Shown: in pieces, positions 33,271 to 46,900 of the stretch | How positions within the stretch are numbered: position 1 is the stretch's first letter | Layout: each line of letters opens with the position of its first letter | NCBI RefSeq assembly: GCF_009914755.1 | Contig: NC_060937.1 | Length of the DNA: 64,000 nt | Origin: the human T2T-CHM13v2.0 reference genome, Homo sapiens | Strand: one strand, 5' to 3' | Position numbers and translations under genes: made by a program | Notes under the pieces: model-generated | What the model was told of the DNA's origin: nothing | Seen by the model: only the letters and a program-made list of their open reading frames with translations | Database searches by the model: none

Positions 33271-35889
33271 GCATGTGTCTTTATAATAGAATGATTGATA
33301 ATTCTTTGGGTATATATCCAGTAATGGAATTGTTGGGTCAAATGGTATTTCTGGTTCTAGATCCTTGAGGAATCACCACATTGTCTTCCACAATGGTTGA
33401 ACTAATTTACACTCCCACCAACAGTATAAAAGCGTTCCTATTTCTCCACATCCTCTCCAGCATCTGTTGTTTTCTGATTTTTTAATGATCGCCATTCTAA
33501 CTGCTGTGAGATGGTATCTCATTGTGATTTTGATTTGCATTTCGCTAATGACCAGCTTTTTTTACATGTGTTTGTTGGCCACATAAATGTCTTCTTTTGA
33601 GAAGTGTCTGTTGATTTCCTTTGCCCACTTTTTGATGGGGTTGTTTGCTTTTTACTTTTAAATTTAAGTTCATTGGAGATTCTTGATATTAGCCTTCTGT
33701 GAGATGGATAGATTGCCAAAATTTTCTCCCATTCTGTTGGTTGCCTGTTCACTCTGATGCTAGTTTCTTTTGCTGTGCAGAAGATCTTTAGTTTAATTAG
33801 ACCCCATTTGTCGATTTTGGCTTTTGTTGCCACAGCTTTTGGTGTTTTAGTCGTGAAGTTTGCCTGTGTCTAGGTCCTGAATATTATTGCCTGGGTTTTC
33901 TTTTAGGGTTTTTGTGGGTTTAGGTCTTATGTTTAAGTCTTTAATCCATCTTGAGTTAATATTTTTGTAAGATGTAAGGAAGGGGTCCAGTTTTCAGTTT
34001 TCTGCATATGGCGAGCCAGTTTTCCCAACACCATTTATTAAATAGGGAATCATTTCCCCATTGCTTGTTTTTGTCAGGGTTGTCAAAGATCAGATGGTTG
34101 TAGATGTGTGGCATTATTTCTGAGGCCTTTATTCTCTTCCATTGGTCTATATATCTGTTTTGGTACCAATACCATGCTGTTTTGGTTACTGTAGCATTAT
34201 AGTATTGTTTGAAGTCAGGTAGCGTGATGCCTCCAGCTTTGTTCTTTTTGATTAGGATAATCTTGGCAATGCAGGCTCTTTTTTGGTTCCATATGAAATT
34301 TGAAGTAGTTTTTTTCTAATTATGTGAAGAAAGTCAATGGTAGCTTGATGGGGATAGCACTGAATCTATGAATTACTTTGGGCAGTATGGCCATTTTCAT
34401 GATACTGATTCTTTCTGTCCATGAGCATGGAATGTTTTTCCATTTGTTTGTGTCCTCTCTTATTTCATTGGGCAGTGGTTTGTAGTTCTCCTTGAAGAGG
34501 TCCTTCACATCCCTTGTAAGTTGTCTTCCTAGGTACTTTTTTCTCTTTGTAGCAATTGTGAATGGGAGTTCACTCATGATTTGGCTCTCTGTTTGTCTAG
34601 TATTGGTGTATAGGAATGCTTGTGATTTTTGCACATTGATTGTGTATCCTGAGACTTTGGTGAAGTTGCTTATCAGCTTAAGGATATTTGGAGCTGAGAC
34701 GATGGGGTTTTCTAAATATATAATCATGTAATCTGCAGAGACAGTTTGACTCCCTCTCTTCCTGTTCGAATATCCTTTATTTGTTTCTCTTGCCTGATTG
34801 CCCTGGCTAGAGCAATACTTCCAAATTTCATATGGAACCAAAAAAGAGCCACATAGCCAAGACAATCCTAAGCAAAAAGAACAAAGCTGGAGACATCACA
34901 CTACCTGACTTCAAACTATATTACAAGGCTACAGTAACCTTCCAATACTATGTTGAATAGGAGTGGTGAGAGAGGGGATCCTTGTCTTGTGCCAGTTTTC
35001 AAAGGGAGTGCTTCCAGCTTTTGCCCATTCAGTGTGGTATTGGTTGTGGGTTTATCATAAATAGCTCATAGTATTTTGAGATATGTTCCATAAATACCTA
35101 GTTTATTGAGAGTTTTTAGCATGAAGCACTGTTGAATTTTATCAAAGGTCTTTTCTGCATTTATTGAGATAATCATGTGGTTTTTGTCATTGGTTCTGTT
35201 TATGTGATGGATTAGGTTTATTGATTTGCATATGTTGAACCAGCTTTGCATCCTAGGGATAAAGCCGAGTTGATCATGGTGGATAAGCTTTTTGATGTTC
35301 TATGGGGTTCAGTTTGCCAGTATTTTATTGAGGATTTTCTCGTTAATGTTCATCAGGGATATTGGCCTGAAATTTTCTTTTTTTGTTGTGTCTCTGACAG
35401 GTTTTGATATCAGGATGATGCTGGCCTCATAAAATGAGTTAGGGAGGAGTCCTTCTTTTTCTGTTGTTTGGAATAGTTTCAGAAGGAATGGTACCAGCTC
35501 CTCTTTGTACCTCAGGTAGAGTTTGGCTATGAATCCATCCGGTCCTGGGCCGTTTTTCGTTGGTAGGCTATTAATTACTGCCTCAATTTCAGAACTTGTT
35601 ATTGGTCTATTCAGGGATTCGACTTCTTCCTGGTTTAGTATTGGGAGGGTGTATGTGCCCAGGAATTTATCCATTTCTTCTAGATTTTCAAGTTTATTTG
35701 AGTAGAGGTGTTTATAGTATTCTCGGATGGTAGTTTGTATTTCTGTGGGATCAGTGGTGATATCCCCTTTATCATTTTTTATTGCGTCTATTTGATTCTT
35801 TCTTTTCTTCTTTATTAGTCTGGCTAGTGGTCTATCTAATTTGTTAATCTTTTCAAAAAACAAGCTCCTGGATTCATTGATTTTTTTGA

Positions 35890-36290
<401 letters not shown>

Positions 36291-36549
36291 TTCTCTAGTT
36301 CTTTTAATTGTGATGTTAGAGTGTCGATTTTAGATCTTTCCCGCTTTCTCCTGTGGGCATTTAGTGCTATAAATTTCCCTCTAAACACTGCTTTAGCTGT
36401 GTCCCAGAGATTCTGGTACGTTGTGTCTTTGTTCTCATTGGTTTCAAAGAACTTATTTATTTTTGCTTTAATTTCATTCCTTACCCAGTAGTCATTCAGG
36501 AGCAGGTTGTTCAATTTTTCTGTAGTTGTGCAGTTTTGAGTGAGTTTCT

Positions 36550-36852
<303 letters not shown>

Positions 36853-38104
36853 TTGAGTGAGTTTCATAATCCTGAGTTCTAATTTGATTGCACTGTGGTC
36901 TGAGAGACTGTTTCTTAGGATTTACATTCTTTTGCATTTTCTGAGGAGTTTTTTACTTCCGATTATGTGGTCAATTATAGAATAAGTGTAATGTGGTGCT
37001 GAGAAGAATGTATATTCTGTTGATTTGGGGTGGAGAGTTCTGTAGATGACTATTAGGTCCGTTTGGTCCAGAGCTGAGTTCAAGTCCTGAATATCCGTGT
37101 TAATTTTCTGTCTCATTGATCTGTCTAATATTGACAGTGGGGTGTCAAAGTCTCCCACTATTATTTTGTGGGAGTCTAAGTCTTTTTGTAGGTCTCTAAG
37201 AACTTATTTTATGAAGCTGAGTGCTCCTGTATTGGGAGCATATGTATTTAGAATGGTTAGATCTTCTTGTTGCATTGATCCCGTTACCATTATATAATGC
37301 CCTTCTTTGCCGTTTTTTATCTTTGTTGGTTTAAAGTCTGTTTTATCAGAGACTAGGATTGCAACCCCTGTTTTTTTGTTTTGTTTTGTTTTGTTTTTGC
37401 TTTCCATTTGCTTGGTAAATATTCCTCCATCCCTGTGTTTTGAGCCTATGTGTGTCTTTGCACGTGAGATGGGTCTCCTGAATACAGGACACCAAGAGTC
37501 TTGACTCTTTATCTAATTTGCCAGTCTGTGTCTTTTAACTGGGGCATTTAGCCCGTTTACATTTAAGGTTAATATTATTATGTGTGAATTTGATCCTGTC
37601 ATTATGATGCTAGCTGGTTATTCTGCCATTTAGTTGATGCAGTTTCTTCATGGTGTCAATGGTCTTTACAATTTGGTATGTTTTTGCAGTTGCTGGTACC
37701 GGTTATTCCTTTCCATGTTTAATGCTTCCTTCAGGAGCTCTTGTAAGGCAGGCCTGGTGGTGACAAAATCTCTCAGTATTTGCTTGTCTGTAAAGGATTT
37801 TATTTCCCCTTCACTTTTGAAGCTTAGTTTGGCTGGATATGAAATTCTGGAAAATATTTTCTTTAAGCATGTTGAATATTGGCCCACACTCTCTTCTGGC
37901 TGGTAGTGTTTCTGCAGAGAGATCTGCTGTTATTCTGATGGGCTTCCCTTTGTGGGTAACCTGACTTTTGTCTGTGGCTGCTACTAACATTTTTTCCTTC
38001 ATTTCAACCTTGATGAATCTGCTAATTATGTGTCTTAGGGGTGCTCTTCTCGAGGAGTATCTTAGTGGTGTTCTCTATATCTTCTGAATTTGAATGTTGG
38101 CCTG

Positions 38105-39085
38105 TGTTGTGGGAAGTCAGGGACCCCGAACGGAGGGACTGGCTGAAGCCACGGCAGAAGAACATAAATTGTGAAGATTTCATGGATATTTATCACTTCC
38201 CCAATCAATACTCTTGTGATTTCCTATGCCTGTCTTTACTTTAATCTCTTAATCCTGTCATCTTCGTAAGCTCAGGAGGGTGTATGTTGCCTCAGGACCC
38301 TGTGATGATGGCGTTAACTGCACAAACTGTAGAGCATGTGTGTTTGAACAATATCAAATCTGGGCACCTTAAGAACAGGATAACAGCAATGTTCAGGGAA
38401 CAAGGGAGATAACCTTAAAGTCTGGCTGCCTGTGGGCCAGGCGGAACAGAGCCATATTTCTCTTCTTTCAAAAGCAAATAGGAGAAATATCGCTGAATTC
38501 TTTTTCTCAGCAAGGAACATCCCTGAGAAAGAGAATGCGTCCCTAAGGAGAGATCTCTAAAATGGCTGCTTTGGAGATGACCATATCTTTTACGGTCGTA
38601 GATAAGGGATGAAATAAGCCCCGGTCTCCCATAGTGCTCCCAGGCTTATTAGGACGAGGAAATTCCTGCCTAATAAATTTTGGTCAGACCGGTTGTCTGC
38701 TCTCAAACCCTGTCTCCTGATAAGATGTTATCAGTGACAATGTGTGCCCGAAACTTCATTAGCAATTTTAATTTTACCCTGGTCCTGTGATCTTGCCCTG
38801 CCTCCATTTGCCTTGTGGTATTTTATTACCTTGTGAAGCATGTGATCTCTGTGACCCACACCCTATTCGTACACTCCTTCCCCTTTTGAAAATCACTAAT
38901 AAAAACTTGCTGGTTTTGCGGCTTGGGGGGCATCATGGAACCTGCCAACATGTGATATCTCCCCCAGACACCCAGCTTTAAAATTTCTCTTTTTGTACTC
39001 TTTCCCTTTATTTCTCAGACCGGCCAACACTTAGGGAAAATAGAAAAGAACATATGTGAATTATCGGGGGCGGGTTCCCCCAATC
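38105..39085 (+). mobile_element. MER11 solo LTR (HERV-K HML-8 / HERVK11)
   Basis: Starts tgttgtgggaagtcagggaccccgaacggaggga, ends gggcgggttcccccaatc; 6-bp TSD ggcctg 38099-38104 / 39086-39091; AATAAA 38898-38903. Confidence 0.9.
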
Positions 39086-40936
39086 GGCCTGTCTTGCTAG
39101 GTTGAGGAAGTTCTGCTAGATAATATCCTGAAGAGTGTTTTCCAACTTGGTTCCTTTCTCACCATCACTTTCAGGTACAGTCAAACATAGGTTTGGTCTT
39201 TTCATGTAGTCCCATATTTCTTGGCAGCTTTGTTCATTCCTTTTCATTCTTTTTTCTCTAATCTTTTCTTCACCCTCTACTTCATTAAGTTGATCTTCAA
39301 TCTCTGATATCCTTTTTCCCGCTTGATGGATTTGGCTATTGAAACTTGTGTGTTTCACGAAGTTCTTGTGCTGTATTTTTCAGCTCCGTCAGGTCATTTA
39401 TGTTCTTCTCTAAACTGGTTATTCTAGTTAGCAATTCCTCTAACCTTTGTTCAAGGTTCTTAGATTCCTTACCTTGCCTTCTGAAGCCTACTTCTGTCAG
39501 TTCGTCGAACTCATTCTCCATCCAGTTTGGTTCCCTTGCTGGCCAGGAGTTGTAATCCTTTGGAGGAGAAAAGGCATTCTGGTTTTTGGAATTTTCAGCC
39601 TTTTTGTGCTAGTTTTTCCTCATCTTCATAGATTTATCTACCTTTGGTCTTTGATGTTGGTGACCTTCCGATGGGGTTTTTGTGTGGACGTCCTTTTTGT
39701 TGATGTTATGCTATTCCTTTCTGTTGTTAGTTTTCCTTCTAACATTCAGGCCCCTCTGCTGCAGGTCCACTAGAGTTTGCTGGAGGTCCACTCCAGACCC
39801 TGCTTGCCTGGGTATCACGAGCGGAGGCTGCAGAACAGCAAAAATTGCTGCCTGTTCCTTCCTCTGGAAGCTTTGTCCCGGAAGGGCACCCGCCAGACGC
39901 CAGCTGGAGCTTTCCTGTATGAGATGTTTATTGACCCCTGCTGGGAGGTATCTCCCAGTACAGGAGGCATGGGGGTCAGGGACCCACTTGAGGCAGTCTG
40001 TTCCTTAGCTGAGCTCCAGCGCTGTGCTGGGAAATCCACTGCTCTCTTCAGAGCTGGCAGGAAGGAACAACATTTAAGTCTGCTGAAGCTGCACCCACAC
40101 CTGCCCCTTTCCCCAGATGCTCTGTTTCAAGGAGATGGGAATTCTATCTATAAGCCCCTGATTGTGGTCACTACCTTTCTTTCAGAATTCCCTGCCCAGA
40201 GAGGAGGAATCTAGAGAGGCAGTCTGGCTACAGCGGCTTTGCAGCACTGAGGTGGGCTCTGCCCAGTTCAAACCTCCCAGCAGCTTTGTTTACACTGTGA
40301 GGGGAAAACCACCTACTCAAGCCTCAGTAATGGCAGATGCCCCTTCCCCCACCAAGCTCAAGGGTCCCAGGTTGACTTCAGAGTGCTGTGCTGGCAGCGA
40401 GAATTTCAAGCCAGTGGATCTTAGCTTGCTGGGCTCTGTGGGGATGGGTTCTGCTGAGCTAGACCACTTGGCTCCCTGGCTTCAGCCCCCTTTCCAGGGG
40501 GGTGAACAGTTCTCTCTCACTGGTGATCCAGACACCACTGGCATATGAAAAAAAAAAACTCCTGCAACTAGCTCTGTGTCTACCCGAATGGCCACCCAGT
40601 TTTGTGCTTGAAACCCAGGCCCCTGGTGGTATAGGCACCCAAGGGAATCTCCTGGTCTGTGGGTTGTGAAGACCATGGGAAAAGCGCAGTTTCTGGCCCA
40701 AATGCACCATTCCTCATGGTACAGTCCCTCATGGCTTCTGTTGGCTAGGGGAGGGAGTTCTTAGACCCCTAGCACTTCCCAGAGGAGGCAGTGCCCCACC
40801 CTGCTTTGTCTCACCCTCCATGGGCTGCACCCACTGTCTAACCAGTCCCAATGAGATGAGCCATGTACCTCAGTTGGAAATACAAAAATCACCCGCCTTC
40901 TGCGTTGATCTCGCTGGGTGCTGCAGACCAGAGCTG

Positions 40937-41449
<513 letters not shown>

Positions 41450-41649
41450 TGACCGGACCATCTTGCCAGCCACCCTACCTTTTCTTTCTGTAATTCTTAT
41501 ATGAGCTAAATGATACACAGTTTTCCCCGATAGTCTAGGGCTTGTTTCACATTCTCCTAACAGTACATTTTGAAGAGGTTATGTTCTTAATTTTAACTAA
41601 GTTTAATTCATGATTTTTTTCTTTTGTACACTGTTTTTGGTATTATCTA

Positions 41650-42000
<351 letters not shown>

Positions 42001-42529
42001 TTACATTTAAGTCTATGATCCACTTGAGTTAGTTTTTGTATATAGTGTGAGGTGTGGCTTGAATTTTTCTTTTCTTGCTTAAGGATTTGCAACTGATTTC
42101 TATAATTTTTTTAATAAAGACACTATTATTTAAAAGAACAAATATTTAACTATGCAAACTGTGAAAGTGGAGGATATGCCTGCCTCCTGTTCCCAGGGAG
42201 AAGGCAGAAGTGGGTGGGCAGGGGAAAGGTAAGGGTTTTGAGAGCAACACGGTCTCTTCAGTGTGGGCTCTGCAGGCTAAGGAGAGGCGGGGCTGAGGCT
42301 TGCAGAATGCTCAGGTGAAGCAGTGGGAAGTGCCCTGGTGGGGACAGTGGCTCCTGTGGGGGTAAAACAAGGGTCAATAGGATGAGGCAGTCTGGAGGCT
42401 CAGGAGAAGGTGGCAGGGCCCTGACTCTAGGCTGGGCTGCAGGCTGGGTGTGCGCAGAGGTACATGGTCCTCCCGGGGCGGCTCCTTGGGGTGTAGGAAG
42501 GCCCAATACAGACATTGTTGCACCTACTC

Positions 42530-43300
42530 CTAGAGCTCCCAAGGTGGCTCTTCAACTGGGCTGTGGCCGGCGTACTTCCTGCAGTAGGGCAGGCTGCAGG
42601 CTGAGGGAAGGCTGCTTCTCCTGGAAGACACTGCTGCTGGAGAGTGGAGGCTTCTTCTGAGCGGCCCAGGCCTGGGCACAAAGGCGGGGACCTCTCCATG
42701 TCTCCTGATGGGCTTGAAAGCTGATAGCCTGGGTGATGGGATCTGCTTGCTACGCTTGGTGTCTGGGACCTCAAACCAGAGTGGCTCATCGAATTTCCTT
42801 TTTCCCTTGCTGTGCTGGCTGAGGGCCTACAGCATGGTCTCCCTGGCACAGGGATCTGGGGCCTGGGGGGAGGTGGCGCTTATACAGGCTCCCCTCTGTG
42901 CTCCGGCGGGGCGATTTTCACTGTCACCAGGCTGCGGACGGGCTGGGGGGTGCCGGGCCTTCCAAAGCCACTGCTTCATGTAGGCCAGGTGAGCCTCAGA
43001 AAAGTCCGGCCCAGTGATGCTCAGGAGCGGTGGCCTGTTGGGAAAGTGCCTCCAGGCCTCAGGGACCATCTCTCTCTGGATACGGGCATAGTCCCAGTTG
43101 GGAGGAGCGGTGAGGAGGGGCCGGGTGCGGACCCAGCGCTTCCCATTGACGTAGACGACTTTGCAGCCATCCTTGACCTGGGAGCGGAGAAGGGGCCTGG
43201 ACCGCAAGGCCCGGTGTTTCTGGGATTGGGGCGGCACCCTGGCCCGGGGCGGCACTATGGTCCGGGGCCAGCCCAGGTACCAGCTCAAGTAGTTGCCCAT
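42530..43300 (-). pseudogene. POM121L13P: Intronless POM121-like pseudogene, POM121L2/POM121L12 type (probably POM121L13P; symbol from memory)
   Basis: MGNYLS start at 43300; EAWRHFP...AYMKQWLWKARHP; off-frame SLVTVKIAPPE (POM121 SPVTVRIAPP); DPCARETML*ALSQ..KRKFDEPLWFEV..SAFKP..AFVPRPGPLRRSL after the TAG at 42827-42829. Confidence 0.85.
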
Positions 43301-43530
43301 GACAGCAATGCAGTAGTCGGGACGTTCTCTTAGAAATTCAGCTTCCAGAAGTTTCCGAAGTCTGCGGCCGGGGCCAAGTGTGCTGAGCTTGGTGACCGTT
43401 GGAATCAGGACGCCAGAAAGCGCGCAAAGCATCGCAAGCTGGCACCCTCTGGCCATAGGGTTCCGCACGGGCCAGGCCGGTGCCTCGCGGAATCCGGGAC
43501 ATCACGGGGCGCAGCTGCAGCGGGGGAGGG
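42880..43530. promoter_or_regulatory. CpG-island-like GC-rich segment over the 5' part of the POM121-like gene
   Basis: Dense CpGs (gcggccgggg, gcgcgc, cctcgcgg) in an otherwise CpG-poor window; judged by eye. Confidence 0.55.
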
Positions 43531-43992
43531 CAGCACCCAGATGATCTGGGGGACGAGGGAAGCTCAAGCCTCCCTCCTTCCCACTGATGGTCCCAGTCAC
43601 TTGGCTCTGGGCAGAGGGGCCTAGCAGCTGCCTCTACTTTTGTGCCTGACCTTTAAAGGTAGAAGATAGAATTTCTGCCAGGTCCTGAAAACTGCAGATG
43701 CCTGTTGACAGAAGGGTGCTGTTTTTGATCAGTGTGAAAATGAACACAATACACTTGGATACTCTTTCAAGGAAAAACAAATCATTTACTCATATCAGTA
43801 AAGGTGATGTGTGTTTCATTCTTCTAGGATGGATGTTAATGTCACTTTTTGCAATTTTGCTCTTAAGAAAATGGAGTCATCAGGTTTTGTTTTAGCACAG
43901 GCAATGTTGATTTTTTGTGGATTTCCTGTGATTTCCAGCCTTCGTACATTCATGAATAGATTGTCTGTCTCTGAACACTAATGTCATCTCTC

Positions 43993-46900
43993 TTTTTTTG
44001 CTTTTATTTTTTAAAATTATTTCAGTAGTTTTTGGGGGAAAGGTGATGTTTGGTTATATGTATAAGTTCTTTAGTGGTGATTTCTGAGGTCTTGGTGCAC
44101 CCATTACTCTAGCAGTGTACGTTGCATGCAATGTGTAGTCTTTCATCCCTCACTCACTTCCCACTCATTCCCCCAAGTCCCCAAAGTGCATTGAATCATT
44201 CTTATGCCTTTGCATCCTCATAGCTTAGCTCCCACTTATGAGTGAGAACATACAATGTTTAGTTTTCCATTCCTAAGTTACTTCACTTAGAATAATGGTC
44301 TCCACCTTCATCTAGGTTGCTGTGAATGCCATTATTTCTTTTCTTTTTTAAGGCTGATTAGTATTTCATAGTACGTTTGTACCACATTTTCTTTATCCAC
44401 TCGTTAATTGATGGGCATTTGGGCTGATTCCGTATTTTTGCAATTGTGAATTCTGCTGCTCTACACATGTGTGTGCAAGTATCTTTTCTGTAAAATGAAT
44501 TCTTTTCCTCTGGGTAGATACCCAGTAGTGGGATTGCTGGATTAAATGGTAGTTCTGTTTTTAGTTCTTTAAGGAGTCTCCACACTGTTTTCCATAGTGG
44601 TTTGTAGTAGTTTACATTCCCACCAGCAGTATACAAGTGTTCCCTTTTCACAACATCCCCACCAACATCTATTGTTTTTAGATTTTTTTGATTATGGCCA
44701 TTCTTGCAGGAGTAAGGTGGTTATCGCATTATGGCTTTGATTTGCATCTCCCTGATGATTAATGATGATGAGCATTTTTTCATGTTTGTTGGCAATTTGT
44801 ATAATTGAGAATTGTCTATTCATGTCTTTAGCCCACTTTTTGATGGGATTATTTTTTTCTTGCTGATTTGTTTGAGTTTCTCATAGATTCTGGATGTTAG
44901 TCCTTTGTCAGATGCATAGTTTGCAAAGATTTTCTCTCACTCTGAGGGATGTCTGTTCACTCTGCTGATTATTGCATTTACTGTGCAGAAGCTTTTTAGT
45001 TGAATTAAGTCCCAGCTATTTATCTCTCTTTTTATTGCATTTGCTTTTGGGTTCATGGTCATAAAATCCTTGCCAAAGCCAGTGTCTACAAGGGTTTTTC
45101 TGATGTTATCTTCTAGAATTTTTATGGTTTCTTTAATTTTTGTAGATTTAAATCTTTGATCCATCTTGAGTTGATTTTCTTGTATAAGGTGAGAGATGAG
45201 GATCCAGTTTCATTCTTCTGCATGCAGCTTGCCAATTATCTCAGCACTATTTGTTGAATAGGGTGTCCTTTCTCCACTTTATGTTTTTGTTTGTGTTGTT
45301 GAAAATCAGTTGACTGTAGGTATTAGGCTTTATTTCTCGGTTCTATATTCTGTTCCATTGGTCTATGAGCTTATTTTCATATGAGTACCATGCTGTTTTG
45401 GTGACTGTATCCTTAAAGTATAGTTTGAAGTCAGGTGATGTGATGCCTCCAGATTTGTTCTTTTTGCTTAGCCTTGCTTTGGCTATGCGGACTCTTTTTG
45501 GGTTCTATATGAATTTTAGAATTGTTTTTTTCTAGTTCCGTGAAGAATGATGGTGGTATTTTGATGGGAATTGCATTGAATTTGTAGATTGCTTTTGGCA
45601 GTGTGGTCATTTTCACAATATTGATTCTACCCATCCATGAGCATGGCATGGGTTTCCATTTGTTTGTGTCATCTGTTATTTTTTTTGGCAGTGTTTTATA
45701 GTTTTCTTTGTAGAGGTCTTTCACTCCTTAATTAGGTGTAATATATTTCCAAGTGTTTTTTTGTTTGTTTTGCAGCTATTGTAAAAGGGGTTGAGTTCTT
45801 GATTTGATTGTCAGTTTGGTTGCTGTTGTTGTATAGCAGTGCTACTGATTTGTGTATATTGATTTTGTATTCTGAAATATTGCTGAATTCATGTGTCAGT
45901 TCTAGGAGCTTTTAGGATGAGGCTTTAGGGTTTTCTAGGTATACCATTATGTCATTGGTGAACAGCGACAGTTTGACTTTCTCTTTACTGATTTGGATGC
46001 CCTTTATTTCTTTCTCTTGTCTGATTACTCTGGCTAGGACTTCTAGTACTATGTTGAATAGAAGTGGTGAAAGTGGGCATCCTTGACTTGTTCCAGTTCT
46101 CAGAGGGAATGCTTTCAGCTTTCCCCCATTCAGTATAATGTTGGCTGTGGGATTGTCATAGATGGCTTTTATTACCTTAAAGTATGTCCTTTCTGTGCTG
46201 ATTTTGCTGAGGGTTTTAATCATAAAGGGATGGTGGATTTTGTCAAATGCTTTTTCTGTGTCTATTGAGATGATCATGTTATTTTTGTTTTTAATTCTGT
46301 TTATATGGTGTATCACATTTATTGACTTGCATATGTTCAACCATCCCTGCATCTATAGTATGAAACCCACTTGATCATGGTGGATTACCTTTTTTATATG
46401 CTGTTGGATTCCATTAACTAGTATTTTGTTGAGGATTTTTACATCTGTGTTCGTCAGGGAAATTGGTCTGTAATTTTCTTTTTTTGTGATGTTCTTTCCT
46501 GGTTTTAGTATTAGGGTGATAATGGCTTCATAGAATGATTTAGGGAGGATTCCCTCTTTGTCTGTCTTTTGAATTAGTGTCAATAGGATTGGTACCAGTT
46601 CTTCTTTGAAGGTCTCATAGAATTCAACTGGGAACTCATCTGGTCCTAGACTTTTTCTTGTTGGCAATTTTTTATTATCATTTCAATCTTGCTGCTTATT
46701 ACTGGTCTGTTTGGAGTTATAATTTCTTCCTGGTTTAATCTAGGAAGGTTGTATATTTCCAGGAATTTTTCCATCTCCTCTAGGTTTTCTACTATGTGCA
46801 TGTAAAGGTGTTTATAGTAGCCTGGAATGATCTTTTGTATCTCTGTGGTATCAGTTATAGTATCTCCTGTTTTGTTTCTAATCAGGTTTATTTGGATCTT

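Noticed and set aside
39447-40710. Cluster of 100-145 aa ORFs (similarly 49644-50226 and 5714-6283)
   Set aside because: L1 5'UTR sequence, GC-rich and stop-poor; not independent genes
42812-43333. 173-aa + strand ORF
   Set aside because: GC-rich shadow of the - strand POM121-like frame; no recognisable homology
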